From: Pecten maximus | Lineage: Eukaryota | DNA length: 64,000 nucleotides | Direction: 5' to 3' | Assembly (NCBI RefSeq): GCF_902652985.1 | Contig: NC_047028.1 | Span: 10,168,001 to 10,232,000, forward strand | Shown here: positions 1 to 13,724 of the stretch, in pieces | How positions within the stretch are numbered: the first letter of the stretch is position 1 | How the letters are laid out: every line of letters begins with the position of its first letter | Made by a program: the position numbers and the translations under genes | Notes under the pieces: generated by a model | Told to the model about the DNA's origin: nothing | The model's database searches: none | Seen by the model: the letters and a program-made list of their open reading frames with translations, nothing else

Positions 1-2625
1 CAAGGAGAGTAAGATCAGGTGGTCAATGAAAATAGGATCAGGTGGTCCAGGAGAGTAAGATCGGGTGGTCAAGGAGTTTAATATAAGGTGGTTGAGGAGA
101 TTAAGATCAGGTGGTCTAGGAAATTAAGATCACGGGTCCAGGAGAGTAAGATCGGGTAGTCAATGAGAGTAAGATCAGGTGGTCAAGGAGAGTAAGATCG
201 GGTGGTCAATGAGAGCAAGATCAGGTGGTTAAGGAGAGTAAAATCAGGTGGTCAAGGAGAGTAAGATCGGGTGGTCAAGGGGAGTAAGATCAGGTGGTCA
301 AGGAGAGTAAGATCAGGTGGTCCAGGAGAGTAAGCTCAGGTGGTCCAGGAGATTAAGATCAGGTGGTCAATGAAAATAGGATCAGGTGGTCCAGGAGAGT
401 AAGATAAGATGGTCAAGGAGAGTAAGATCAGGTGGTCAATGAAAATAGGATCAGGTGGTCCAGGAGAGTAAGATCGGGTGGTCAAGGAGTTTAATATAAG
501 GTGGTTGAGGAGATTAAGATCAGGTGGTCTAGGAAATTAAGATCACGGGTCCAGGAGAGTAAGATCGGGTAGTCAATGAGAGTAAGATCAGGTGGTCAAG
601 GAGAATAAAAGCAGGTGGTCAAGGAGAGTAAGATCGGGTGGTCAAGGAGAGTAAGATCAGGTGGTCAAGGAGAGTAAGATCGGGTGGTCAATGAGAGCAA
701 GATCAGGTGGTTAAGGAGAGTAAAATCAGGTGGTCAAGGAGAGTAAGATCGGGTGGTCAAGGAGAGTAAGATCAGGTGGTCCAGGAGAGTAAGATCAGGT
801 GGTCCAGGAGAGTAAGATAAGATGGTCAAGGAGAGTAAGATCAGGTGGTCAATGAAAATAGGATCAGGTGGTTCAGGAGAGTAAGATCGGGTGGTCAAGG
901 AGTTTAATATAAGGTGGTTGAGGAGATTAAGATCAGGTGGTCTAGGAAATTAAGATCACGGGTCCAGGAGAGTAAGATCGGGTAGTCTGTTTACGTATCG
1001 TTATATAGCACAAAAAGAACAAAGAATAACACAATAATCATAATTCAAACTCAAAATCGATTCAAACGATATCAAAAATCGATAAATAGATCTGTATGGA
1101 GACTGAAAATGCAGAAGGAGAGTAAGATCAGGTGGTCTAGGAGAGTAAGATCGGGTGGTCCAGGAGAGTAAGCTCAGGTGGTCAATGAAAATAGGATCAG
1201 GTGGTCAAGGAGAGTAAGATCAGGTGGTCCAGGAGAGTAAGCTCAGGTGGTCCAGGAGATTAAGATTAGGTGGTCAATGAAAATAGGATCAGGTGGTCCA
1301 GGAGAGTAAGATAAGATGGTCAAGGAGAGTAAGATCAGGTGGTCAATGAAAATAGGATCAGGTGGTCCAGGAGAGTAAGATCGGGTGGTCAAGGAGTTTA
1401 ATATAAGGTGGTTGAGGAGATTAAGATCAGGTGGTCTAGGAAATTAAGATCACGGGTCCAGGAGAGTAAGATCGGGTAGTCAATGAGAGTAAGATCAGGT
1501 GGTCAAGGAGAATAAAAGCAGGTGGTCAAGGAGAGTAAGATCGGGTGGTCAAGGAGAGTAAGATCAGGTGGTCAAGGAGAGTAAGATCGGTTGGTCAATG
1601 AGAGCAAGATCAGGTGGTTAAGGAGAGTAAAATCAGGTGGTCAAGGAGAGTAAGATCGGGTGGTCAAGGGGAGTAAGATCAGGTGGTCCAGGAGAGTAAG
1701 ATCAGGTGGTCCAGGAGAGTAAGATAAGATGGTCAAGGAGAGTAAGATCAGGTGGTCAATGAAAATAGGATCAGGTGGTTCAGGAGAGTAAGATCGGGTG
1801 GTCAAGGAGTTTAATATAAGGTGGTTGAGGAGATTAAGATCAGGTGGTCTAGGAAATTAAGATCACGGGTCCAGGAGAGTAAGATCGGGTAGTCAATGAG
1901 AGTAAGATCAGGTGGTCAAGGAGAATAAAAGCAGGTGGTCAAGGAGAGTAAGATCGGGTGGTCAAGGAGAGTAAGATCAGGTGGTCAAGGAGAGTAAGAT
2001 CGGGTGGTCAATGAGAGCAAGATCAGGTGGTTAAGGAGAGTAAAATCAGGTGGTCAAGGAGAGTAAGATCGGGTGGTCCAGGAGAGTAAGATCAGGTGGT
2101 CCAGGAAAGTAAGATCGGGTGGTCAAGGAGAGTAAGATCGGGTGGTCAAGGAAAGTAAGATCAGGTGGTCCAGGAGAGTAAGATCAGGTGGTCAGTGAGA
2201 GTAAGATCAGGTGGTCAAGGAGAGTAAGATCGGGTGGTCAAGGAGAGTAAGATCAGGTGGTCCTGGAGAGTAAGATCGGGTGGTCAATGAGAGTAAGATC
2301 AGGTGGTCAAGGAGAGTAAGATCGGGTGGTCAATGAGAGTAAGATCAGGTGGTCCAGGAGAGTAAGATCGGGTGGTCAATGAGAGTAAGATCAGGTGGTC
2401 CAGGAGAGTAAGATCGGGTGGTCAATGAGAGTAAGATCAGGTGGTCCAGGAGAGTAAGATCAGGTGGTCCAGGAGAGTAAGATCAGGTGGTCCTGGAGAG
2501 TAAGATCAGGTGGACCAGGAGAGTAAGATCGGGTGGTCAAGGAGAGTAAGATCAGGTGGTCAAGGAGATTAAGATCAGGTGGTCAAGGAGATTAAGATCA
2601 GGTGGTCCTGGAGAGTAAGATCAGG
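1..2625. repeat. 23-bp minisatellite (consensus CAAGGAGAGTAAGATCAGGTGGT) with higher-order blocks, runs off the window start
   Basis: Tandem unit visible directly. The variant series (…TTTAATATAAGGTGGTTGAGG…TCTAGGAAATTAAGATCACGGG…) recurs at ~75, ~490, ~900, ~1395 and ~1810. The array is interrupted by a non-repeat insert at ~987-1115. Confidence 0.97.
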
Positions 2626-3831
2626 AGTTTTAGGAGAATAAAGTGAAAATTTGCAAACAAAAGAAAAAAAAACAAAAAAACAAAAAACAAAAACAAAAAA
2701 CAAAACATATCTATATGTTTTTAAAATACTGAAATAATAGATCGAATTATGAAAGAAAACCGTATATTAATACAGTTTTTTTTCTGTTTTTCTTTCTCTG
2801 GCACAAGTCGGTGATGTTATAGCGAGGTAGTCCGGATAGATACTCGATTTTAAATCGAATTGAATCTGAATAAATGTTGTAATTTTGAGTGATAGATGCA
2901 TTATACCAGAATATAGCTCTAGGTCATGATTTTGTAATAAAAAGATTGTTAAAGAACACTCTGAACCGATACCAATATTTATCAGAGATTCAACGCAGTC
3001 AGAATCAACTTAAAAATAAAATATAGATTTACTTATTTACGTAAACTTTTATAGGTCATCCTCGTTGGATCGGATAAAAGCACGCGAGTGGTTTTAATGT
3101 GGACGGAGAATCGTAAAAAAAAAACAATGTGGCCGGGCCGGTGTTACGTCCACCTGGCCGCGGAAGCCTCTTGACCATCATTGTAATGATAAACCATGGT
3201 TTTGCAGAAAAAATAGCAATTAGCGAGCTTAGGTAAACTAAACAAGATAAATGGACCATGTTTTAGGCACATTGACTGTATTGAGTTTAGATACACCCCC
3301 TACTTTTCGAGTAAGCAACTCGAGCAGTATGCGTGGTGACTTAGCATGTTAAAGTTATATCAAAGTCTGGCCGGGTATTTCTGGAGTATTTACCGACTCT
3401 CCCTGGGAGGTAAAACAAACACCATGTCAGAATTATACACGCATATTGTCCTCTCGTCTCTGTCTTGTAAACAATATATACATTTGTATATATATATATG
3501 TAAACCATGTAAGCCTAACAATGTAAAGCGTCTGAAGATTTAATGAAAGTGCTAATGTTTCACAGATTATATGATATAAGTAGTTTCCACATACATTTAG
3601 ATATCTTTAATGATGAATCATACCGTATGAAGTCGTAACTAGCATTATAAACTAATAACGAAGGACATCAGCGCTGTCTCAAACATCATTGTAATTTTCA
3701 ACTTGGTTTATGCATAAACCGTACCGACAAAGGTTTTCCTGACAACTAAACAAATCATTTCTTTCTACAATTATTAATTGCACTGGCACGTTTAATTAAA
3801 CACAAATTTCTGATTAAATCAACCAGTTTAA

Positions 3832-4140
3832 TCTGACACTACGTACCACTCAATATACTGGTGGTGTTAACCTACCTAATCTGTTACTATGTAACACTCG
3901 ACATACTGGTGATACCAACCTGTCTAGTCCGACACCACGTGACACTCAATATACTGGTGGTGTTAACCTACCTAATATGTTACTATGTAACATTCGACAT
4001 ACTGGTGATACCAACCTGTCTAGTCCGACACCACGTGACACTCAATATACTGGTGATGCTCATCTACCAAATATGTTACCTTTTAACACTCAACAAACTA
4101 ATGGTGGAAAATGTCTAATCTGACACAATGTGACACGCAA
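3832..4140. repeat. Degenerate tandem repeat, 48-bp subunit in a 96-bp dimer
   Basis: GTGGTGTTAACCTACCTAAT occurs at 3861 and 3957. ORF 3861..4118 is just the repeat translated. Confidence 0.85.
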
Positions 4141-4532
4141 AATAATGATGACATTTACCTGTAGTACCCGACTTCTTGGATAACACAGGTTAGTTATATC
4201 ACCCTGTACATACACCCAATAATGTAAACAATATCATCATGCAAATAATAAATTTGAATGACAGGATTTCATACAAACAAACAATAATTAGTTATTTTAT
4301 ATATTGTCCTGTTTAGGGGTTCAAAATTCGCACACGCGAAATAATCCAGATGGAAATACTAAGAAGTTGGCAACTATGTAAATATTAGCCCCTTAGCTAC
4401 TGTGCTGTACTCTACAGAACATGTATTTATACTACCCCAATGTAAGCGGGTATACCCAAACAAAAAGGTAACTGCACTTGTCCCGACGCACGTTTTCACT
4501 CAATAAACCCACTTACGTATCTGTGTAGGAGG

Positions 4533-5095
4533 CCTGTGTAGTAATCATACCACGATATTACCTGTGTAGTAATCATACCACGATATTACCTGTGTAGTAA
4601 TCATACCACGCTATTACCTGTGTAGTAATCATACCACGATATTACCTGTGTAGTAATCATACCACGCTATTACCTGTGTAGTAATCATACCACGATATTA
4701 CCTGTGTAGTAATCATACCACGATATTACCTGGGTAGTAATCATACCACGATATTACCTGTGTAGTAATCATACCACGATATTACCTGTGTAGCAATCAT
4801 ACCACGATATTACCTGTGTAGTAATCATACCACGCTATTACCTGTGTAGTAATCATACCACGCTATTACCTGTGTAGTAATCATACCACGTTATTACCTG
4901 TGTAGTAATCATACCACGATATTACCTGTGTAGTAATCATACCACGCTATTACCTGTGTAGTAATCATACCACGATATTACCTGTGTAGTAATCATACCA
5001 CGTTATTACCTGTGTAGTAATCATACCACGATATTACCTGTGTAGTAATCATACCACGATATTACCTGTGTAGTAATCATACCACGATATTACCT
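4533..5095. repeat. 28-bp minisatellite (CCTGTGTAGTAATCATACCACGATATTA), about 20 copies
   Basis: Near-perfect direct tandem copies with no spacers. Confidence 0.97.
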
Positions 5096-7416
5096 GAGAA
5101 GTTTCAGGTGAGAATGCGCTTGATCATGATGTCATTTTCTAAGAACTTCACTACAAATTCACGGATAATATCATCGTCTCCGTGATATAAAAGTTTACTG
5201 TTTACTGCTTTATTCGCGGTGTGATTATGAAGCATGTCTTAAACATTTGGGGAAATTACATCGACTAAGACAGTGATTTAATTATAATCTCAAACAGTCA
5301 CGATAACATCCGGATCTACATCTGTATATAACGTCAAAATCGGTATTAAATGAATAAAAATCCAAATTAAACTGAAATTTCACTGTATAACATCGTAATA
5401 AAATTAATATGACCTTGTTTGAACGTACGAATTCCAGTAGGGTGGAACAACAACAGACGTTTTACTTGAGCTATTTGAATGTTCTTATTTGCATTATCAA
5501 TATACTAATTGTAGGTAAAATATGATCATATCATGGTTGAATTTAAGAATATTTTACGGTCGGATTAAAGTTGTCCTAATAGGACTTACTGTTTGTTCAC
5601 AGGTAAAACGTAATGTTTATGTCGGCTTTAAACTATGAGTCATACTGGGTTACTATTAATACCAATTTGATATCTTATAACTACACGCGTACTCTTATAC
5701 CTATCGTATATGAATATGTCACCGTCGACACCATAACCAGACACAAAACACCGACAGAGTGTAAGGTCCATACAACCTCACACGGATGTTGTTTACATAC
5801 ATTCTATATCTTATACGTTATGGCACTGTGCTGTCTATATTAAATGTTCTGGGAGGTAAACATTAAGCGTGATTACCCCAGAGAGGTGATTAATTATTAT
5901 TGTTACGATTTTTGCTAGTTTAACTTTTTCAGCGAGGTAGTTGTTAAGCGTTGTTTTAGCTACTCATTCCTTAGATCCATAGTACCACTGGTAGAAACGA
6001 AATCGTAATTATAACTAAAGATCGGTAATACCGACATAATATCAAAACCCTTATTATTACTCAAAGTCAATAACATTAGAGCAGAAGACGAACAAACTAT
6101 TGATTTGAGTCGTGAGACTCGTTTCAACAACAGTGAAAATAATACCAGATGTCCCTAAAGAGTAAACGCCCCGATTCTTCCTCTGTGTTAAGTCATATCA
6201 ACCACTACTGTGAACATATCAACACACATCACATATGACATCAAATTTGTCAATGTCGATCAGGTATTGAAATACCTTACAATATCAGGCATTTTTCAAT
6301 GTTAACTCCAACATTCACGGATTTGTAGCGGCTACAGATATGTTATATATATATAGTTGCCTTTACCCATGAACCTTCATAAATGGTATGGGTACACAAT
6401 GAGATCTTATATTCACTCAATAGTAGATGTTTAGATTTATGAAGCAATACCTGAATATTCTTTGTAATCGTAATTAATAATATGTTTTACTCCATTATAT
6501 CTGCCATTGAGGAATACATTCTAATACTTTTCCTTACATAATAAGTAATAGTATGAAGTGTTTTGTTTTATCTTGGGTGTTCAACACTCGCAATAACCAG
6601 ACTTATATAAGGAGGCTAGTCAAGGGGACACCCACCGAGAAAAACAATGTCCAGAAGAACAGCTGGGAGGAAAATGTATAATGGGAGCAGAGGATCTATT
6701 TTGGTTTGTTCAATGTCCCCTAAAGAGCAACCACAAAGGAAATAATCAGAACACAAAGGAGAAACGATCCCTGAACCTGCATGGGCCCCTCGATTTGTCG
6801 CCTGTTACGCCATGCAGTTAGATATGGCAGGCGTTTAGTTATCGAAATTGAACTGGTATATTTGTACATTGATGTCAGTAACTGGATGAAAACATGTGAT
6901 ACTGTAATACACCGAGAGGTTCTTTGTATTGATATTTAATCTAACCTTTCACCCAACTCGAGTTATAAATACACTTACATGTATATTGTAAGTTCAGGTA
7001 CACAATGTATAGCATTTCCAAATAAGTAAACATCATTTGTATATATATTAACATAGTTTTATATGTTTCATATATGTTTAAATAACTTGATATGTTACTT
7101 TTCCAAACTGTTTGCGAAACAGTGGCAATAAACTAAAAATGACATGACTTTTTTTAGTGCTAGTCTGTAACTGGCTGAACGTGACTGTGTTATAAGTGGC
7201 GACCTTGAAGTAGACTGTAGTTTATATACTGTGTGTTATTTGTAGAGACGCGTGGCGATATCGAACTGGGTCACACGAGACCAGATGTAAACATTGAAAA
7301 CTAGACCATAACAATGTCATTTAACGTGATTTAAGAAGACTGGACATATTTGTGATTTCTGCTGATTTTAATTTGGAACAGCCATTTTCCAATCGTATCT
7401 AGATCTGTATTCATAG

Positions 7417-7678
7417 GGGGAAAACTGCAGGCAGGATTTCCAAGGATCTGTGACGTCAGTGTGTTGGCCAGGTTTGAGTACAGAAAAACACACACGGGGT
7501 ATCAACATAGCGTCAACCTGGTCCATATATTTGCTCGTGAGTATGGTTAAATGACTTCATTATATCAATATATATGTCTCTGAATTAATCCTTATCGAAA
7601 TATTATAGATCTTAAGTTTTCGAATATTTTGTAAGTTTTAGAAAAAAACAAATATGTTTAAATTGAGAAACCGAAAGT
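7417..7678 (+). promoter_or_regulatory. Putative immune-inducible promoter/enhancer of gene A: kB-like, CRE and ISRE-like motifs
   Basis: GGGGAAAACT at 7417, AGGATTTCC at 7433-7441, perfect CRE TGACGTCA at 7451-7458, and GAAACCGAAAGT (IRF-E/ISRE-like) at 7667-7678. The same kB+CRE pairing occurs upstream of paralog B. Confidence 0.5.
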
Positions 7679-8072
7679 AATACGAATGTTAACCTCTCTA
7701 TCTATAGTTGTCGACAAACTGTCATTTTACTACATGAATGCTTATGATTTGTTATCGTTTAGTCAACAAGAAAGAAAACGTGATATAACATACCTGTATA
7801 ATCTTTGTAAACCCAATAATCAATTTATATCCTAATTAATGTTTTTCGTATGTGAGGGTGTGTCTTTTTTTTTTTAATCTTTGTAAATCCAACAATCAAT
7901 TGATATCCTAATTAATGTTTTTCGTGTGTGAGGTTTTTTCTTCTTCTTAACAATTGGGACATTTTGATAAATTGTGCTATATATATGCATTTCGAACTTT
8001 TTAAACTTCCTGCTTATGAAATATCAATATTTATTTTTCAAGTTTGACCAAAACGATGCCGTGTACGTTCCG

Positions 8073-10015
8073 ATGATTACAACAATGGCACATCAACCAC
8101 GTAAATATGCTAATGTAGCACCCAAACTACCTGGAAGAGAGCGAAAACCTTCAGCTTGTGAATCTTGTAAATGTACTAACTGTAATGATTACGAATCCTG
8201 TAACAGTTGTTCTGTGGTAAACGATGGTTACCTTAGAACAGTCCACGACGAAAAACCACCAGTTCCATGTCGACAAAGGAGATTCACAGACGATTTTTCT
8301 CCAGAGGTATGTTTTAGGGAATCTATGATACAAGAGGATACACCAAAACACGACACTAAACGAATGAAGGAGCTTGATATTCAACTACCATTGCCAAATA
8401 TACCTATTGATTTTCAAAAGCCTGAGCCATTTCAGCATAAGGTCCGGAAACCTTCTGACACCCTTCCCATTCCTAATGCAACAGCAACACCCCAGCCCCC
8501 GCTACACACACAAAGGGCTGATGTGGAACCCGAACATGTCACAACGAACAAAGTGGAACAGGGTCGGCTGGCACAGGTGGATATAACATTACCTAGAAGA
8601 AAAAGTGAGTCTAGAAAAAGAAGAACACGCCAACCTAGGAAAGTACATGTATGGATGAAATTTGGGACCATCGTTTCTATAGTTTTACTTATCGGATTGT
8701 CATATATGATCTTTAAAAGTATTAGAGATATTTGCTTTGCACCGTATCACTATAAAAGCACTTCTTCTCGTCATAAATGGAATTATTCTGAACCAAACGA
8801 ATCTAGACTCGATACAACTATATGTTTTTCATGTGACATAATTGATAAATTTAAAGGAGAGCAGAGTAGATTCGATTTATATGGCTTCAAATCTACCGGT
8901 AACAGACGGCATTGCTGTTTGGACCAACTTGGACATATGAAATGGCTCGTTAGTATGGTAAGTTGGGATGTGACCTTATCTCTGTGTATGTAAACGCATG
9001 TGAATGGGAGGTAACTCTATGAAACAAACTTTTGAATGAATAGATACATCTGATAATTTAAAGGCATAGTATGCTACAGGGTAAAACGTTCATATACTAT
9101 AACAAATTATAATTAGTGAATTTCCCTTAGTATGATTTCATTAGGAATAATTCAATGATTTCATTAGGAATAATTCAATCCCTTAGTATAATTTCATTAG
9201 GAATAATTCAATCTTTGCATTTTTATTCATTTTTTCATGTCTACTTATATAGTGTATTGGATTCAAACTGTAAAACAAACTTTAAAGAAAAAAAATATTT
9301 ATTTGTTTCAGATGAAAACGAATGAAATTTTGCAAGATGAAGTGAGGGACAATTCTTCGACTACAGTATGCCCAGTGAAGGCTACACTTGTGCCAATCCA
9401 AAATGGAAGTAAGTCTCTTATAAACATTTACCCTCTTACTCCTTCAGAAAATAACAACGGTATAATATACAATATATATATACCCATATGTATTGCGTAT
9501 TTTATTAAGAAAATCAATTTAATAAGACAGATCGTTGAAAAAAATGGTAATGTATATTTATGTATGTGGCATGTATCTTAAATTAATTATTATAATATTG
9601 TATAATTTCAGACAAGACCGATTTAAAACTGAACAATACGGCTTTGCAAACACACTGTAGAGGAGCTTCGATAAATGTGACAAAGGACGCCCTAGTGACC
9701 AGAAAGGACGGATTGTATATTGTGTACATGACTATGTCAGTAAAACTAGCTTCAAGACAAACAGAAGGGAACGGACAACATGGAAACATTGCATTGAAAG
9801 CATATCTTTTTTGCAGTAAATCTAAAAGGGGAAAATGTATTGAAATGGAGACATTTAACAAAACCATAACGTATAGTGACCAAAATTTTCATGTGTTTAA
9901 TTTGTACACCGTGAAAAAATTTACAAATGGAGAACACTTTTACCCAGTGCTGTCCGAGCCGGGATATCTATACACAACGACAAAGGGTAACTTTATCGGT
10001 GTTGTGGAACTTTGA
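8073..10015 (+). CDS. Gene A: divergent TNF-superfamily ligand-like type II membrane protein with a long cytoplasmic tail, ~461 aa. Coding exons 8073-8957, 9312-9408, 9612-10015
   Basis: Acceptor at 8041-42 precedes ATG 8073. Donors ATG|GTAAGT (8958, phase 0) and GGAA|GTAAGT (9409, phase 1) and acceptors TTTCAG (9311, 9611) join in frame. TM FGTIVSIVLLIGLSYMIF follows a polybasic stretch, and the stalk has CFSC…HCCL. The last exon has the THD motifs LVTRKDGLYIVY and GNFIGVVEL*. Confidence 0.82.
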
Positions 10016-10020
10016 ATTTG

Positions 10021-10024
<4 letters not shown>

Positions 10025-10074
<50 letters not shown>
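10025..10074. repeat. (GA)n microsatellite immediately 3' of the gene A stop
   Basis: Seen directly. Confidence 0.97.
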
Positions 10075-10077
<3 letters not shown>

Positions 10078-13019
10078 GCGTCAGTTAAAAATAGGATGAG
10101 TGTAAAGAGGAGCCTATCTGTGTTCGAGAATTACACATACAAAAAATATATGTTAAAGCAATGTGATAGGAATAATTTGTGCCAATATTGACAGTAACTT
10201 CATAACCTTGACCATATGTACCTACTTGTGTAAAGGTTGCATTTCATATTAATTAAAAAATCATTACATTTGTCAATATTTCACCTGAACAGTAAAAATA
10301 ACCCTTAATTTAATATATCGTCGTGGCGTTCATCTGACGACGACATTATCAATTATACATAACAATTAATGAACGTATGCTATTATTTATTTAAACAATT
10401 ACGTTTACTTACACAATCTGCATTATCATTAAAGCGATCTTAAATCACTAGTCAGTACTAGCCATTTATTTTTTCCGAAATACTATTTTGAATGTCACAA
10501 CATACTTATACAAGTCCTGCGACTGATATCCAAGGGATGACTCGCTCTGCCTTGTTTATAAACAATGATCACGACAATTATACCGCTTTAGTGACTTATA
10601 AACAAATATTGTAAATAAAATAAAATGTATGTTTTAAATGCAAAATAAAATAATCTTTTTACAACTTTTGTTTGACTTTTTCTTTTCTTTTCCGTTTGAG
10701 TGTATACTGCTAATGCTACATAAATAGTAATATCATAAGTAAAACAAGAACTGTATAAGCCAGGTAAGATATAGATTGATGTTATTGATTTTACGTTGAG
10801 ACAAGACCACAAGACTAGATATTTCAAATGGTCAGCAAAAGCCAATCACGAATTAAGCTATTGTGTATTTTCAGTATTACTTAGGTTTGAAGTATGAAAA
10901 AGATACATTAATGCAAATAATGAATACAACCATTTATCTAAGAACGATAAATGTACAAATAATGAATAGGACAGTTTATTTAAAAAAAATCATCATATGA
11001 ACAATTAATACATGTACATGCTTTTATCTAACAAAGACACAGCAGAAAAATAATGAATACACACACTCATCTAACAAATATATATTTTACTAATAATGAA
11101 TACAATTATTTATATAATACGATACAATATACAAAAAATGAATACAGAAATTAATATAACAAAGATACACTATGCAAAATGAATACACAGATTCATCTGA
11201 AAAACATTTTTAAAAATACTTTAAAAATAATTAATACAATTATTCGTCTAAAAGGTGTCTCGTTCGTATAAAATACACCATTAATGTTTTAATATTTTGA
11301 TGTATAATGATGCAACGATTATTGAGATTTTTCAATTAAGATACACATTTTCTTTTGGAAAAAATACGTTAAGAATGGAGGACCTGCAAATGTTTATCCC
11401 GGGCTAATGTCCAAAATAGATATCTTGCCTGACTTGGGTAAACCCCCTTGCGGGGCCTCTACTTTATTGAATGTTTTTATCTTATTTCACACAGTTACAT
11501 ATGTAACAGTAATGTATATCCAGATACTCCTCGCAGCAGTCTGGTTGCACGTACATATACGTATGCGAGTTCTGCATTAACACTCGAACAAGCACTGGAT
11601 TTCCATAGGATTTACTGGACAAGTTCTAAATTAAATATAGCCTTAATCTAAATCAAACACTGTTTACTTCTCAAGTTGTAAATCTATAATGCATAATATC
11701 ACAACAGTGTGTCGGCTTAAAACGTCTGACAAAGTGAGATCAAACAAATATAATAGCTCTATTTTTGTCTGTGTGGTGAACGACATATAACAATACGAAC
11801 TTATTTTGTGTGCGCATTGCTTGACAACCATATGCAGTTCTTTAAGTAAGCAGAACACTTGAGATCAGTAGACTCGGCCAACATGACGTTTAGGCCGCGA
11901 TAATGAGTTCTGAGAAACTCCGATTATCACTTTCGTTTATGCAAGACCCCAATGTGAACTTAAATAGGCAAGCTACGTTATGTAGACTGTTTACTCTCAA
12001 CTATATAACAATGTTAGTTTTAATTTGCATAAATGTTGATATAATAGGTTTTGGTAGAATTAACTTGACAAAATTTTATGAAACTACAATACTCGTCAGT
12101 CTCTTTCTATCTTCCTATTTTAAAGAATACACACATTCAGGTTTTGAAGTAAAGGTGTGTTTTTTAATTGTTTTAGGTTAAGGAAAACAAACAGGATATT
12201 AGTATTCGGTAAAAGTTACTGGCTAATGATTCTGTAACAAGCACAAAAGTGAGTTACACATCGATATATGATTTTAACAGAATATTATAATATTTTAAAA
12301 GAATATATATAGAGGAAATTCAATGGTTTGCCGTTTAATATCAAATTATTTAAATCGTAAGGCAGATGTTTTTTCCCCTATTTTCACGCGTGCGTTGCAA
12401 GCTATTGGGAAATATGGACATCATTCAACAAATACGACCCGACCAGATTATCCTATGACTATCTTGTAATATAACCGGGAATAGTTAATACTTCTCCTCC
12501 AGACTACAAAAGACACAAACACGCACATTTCCAAACGAACTTGAGGGAGTGGGATAAAGTAGAGGAAACACGAGTTAAACTTCGTGGTACATCTTATTTT
12601 AGATTTATTTTTTATCTCTGATAGAAGACCTACTCTGTAAATCATCTGTTTCTTTGTGTTTTATCTAAGGTCAAACAGTATACTATCATTTTGTTTTATG
12701 GCGCGGTAAATAAAAAAATAAAGTGTATATCATATGAAGCGATACCTCGAAACGAACAAATTGACTTAACATCAATTTATTTATAGCTATGTTTCACTAT
12801 TTGTCAGATCCTCTGGTAAAGTAGCTATGTTTCACTGTTTGTCAGTTTCTCTGGTAAGGTAGCTATGTTTCACTGTGATATATAACACATACTAAATATG
12901 CCTTTCTGTAATGAATCGGCAATGATGAAAATTGTAAATGAAATATGATATACTTTATAACGAATACAATACAAATTATATCAATCACTTCCGCAGGCCT
13001 GTATGGAAACGTTTAAAAG

Positions 13020-13140
13020 GTCCAGCTGGACTACCCGGAGAAAACCCACGTGGACAGACAGGTGACTCAAATCAAACCACGGCCGCCTAGGCGAAAGTCT
13101 GACCATCCAAAAGTGCTGCCAAACAGTGCCAGTCAAGCTC
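13020..13140 (-). mobile_element. SINE-like fragment
   Basis: The reverse strand reads GTGGGTTTTCTCCGGGTAGTCCAG, which resembles the conserved central domain of invertebrate tRNA-SINEs. Recognised from memory only. Confidence 0.35.
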
Positions 13141-13724
13141 TGATATTCCCGATCGGTTATTCCTTGGCAAACAGCTTTACCGGAATTTTTATTCAGTTTA
13201 AACATTTTTTTCCAAATGAAAGATCGCATCATCATCTTTCTTTTTATTTAAAGATAATTGAATGGTTTGAGTGATTTAATGACAAAAATAGCACAGGAAG
13301 GTCTCAAAAATGAAATTTTACACATTCAAACGAAACAGTCATTTCAACTCAAAATCGAAAAAACGAAAGCAGATTAAAAAAAAAAAAATAGATAAAAAAT
13401 TTAAAAAAAAAGAAAAAGAAAAAAACATCTGCATGGAGACCATTTATAAAAATATAAGGAGAATAAGTTCATGTGTTCCCGATGGTTACGCGTCTTCATC
13501 AATAACATGTGGCGTCTTCTTGACCTGCTAGATTTTACCTGACGACAGGTGTGAACAGATCTTTTGGATCAATAAAGGTATACTACGATAGTATATACAT
13601 GTACATGTGTGATATACATACTGATTCGTGTGTGTATGTCAGGTAGAATGATGTCAGCTTGTAGCGCTCTTTAGTGTTTAGTAGTAGGCAGGTGTAATTC
13701 ACCTCTGACACAAAAATATTTACC

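Noticed and set aside
4533-5095. CRISPR-like appearance of the 28-, 35/36-, 41- and 42-bp arrays
   Set aside because: The units are contiguous with no unique spacers, there are no cas genes, and the context is eukaryotic.
7974-8072. ORF-track N-terminal extensions of A (7974) and B (14355), and C-terminal run-ons of the exon-1 ORFs
   Set aside because: They have non-ATG starts in intronic polypyrimidine tracts or read through splice donors. The spliced models explain them.
8151-8671. Antisense or alternative-frame ORFs overlapping TNF exons (also 9583, 51663, 57350, 62175)
   Set aside because: These are shadow ORFs of real coding exons with no independent evidence.
10383-10393. AU-rich element (TTATTTATTTA) in the putative 3' UTR of A
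   Set aside because: Plausible for a cytokine mRNA but expected by chance at this AT content, and the UTR end is unknown.
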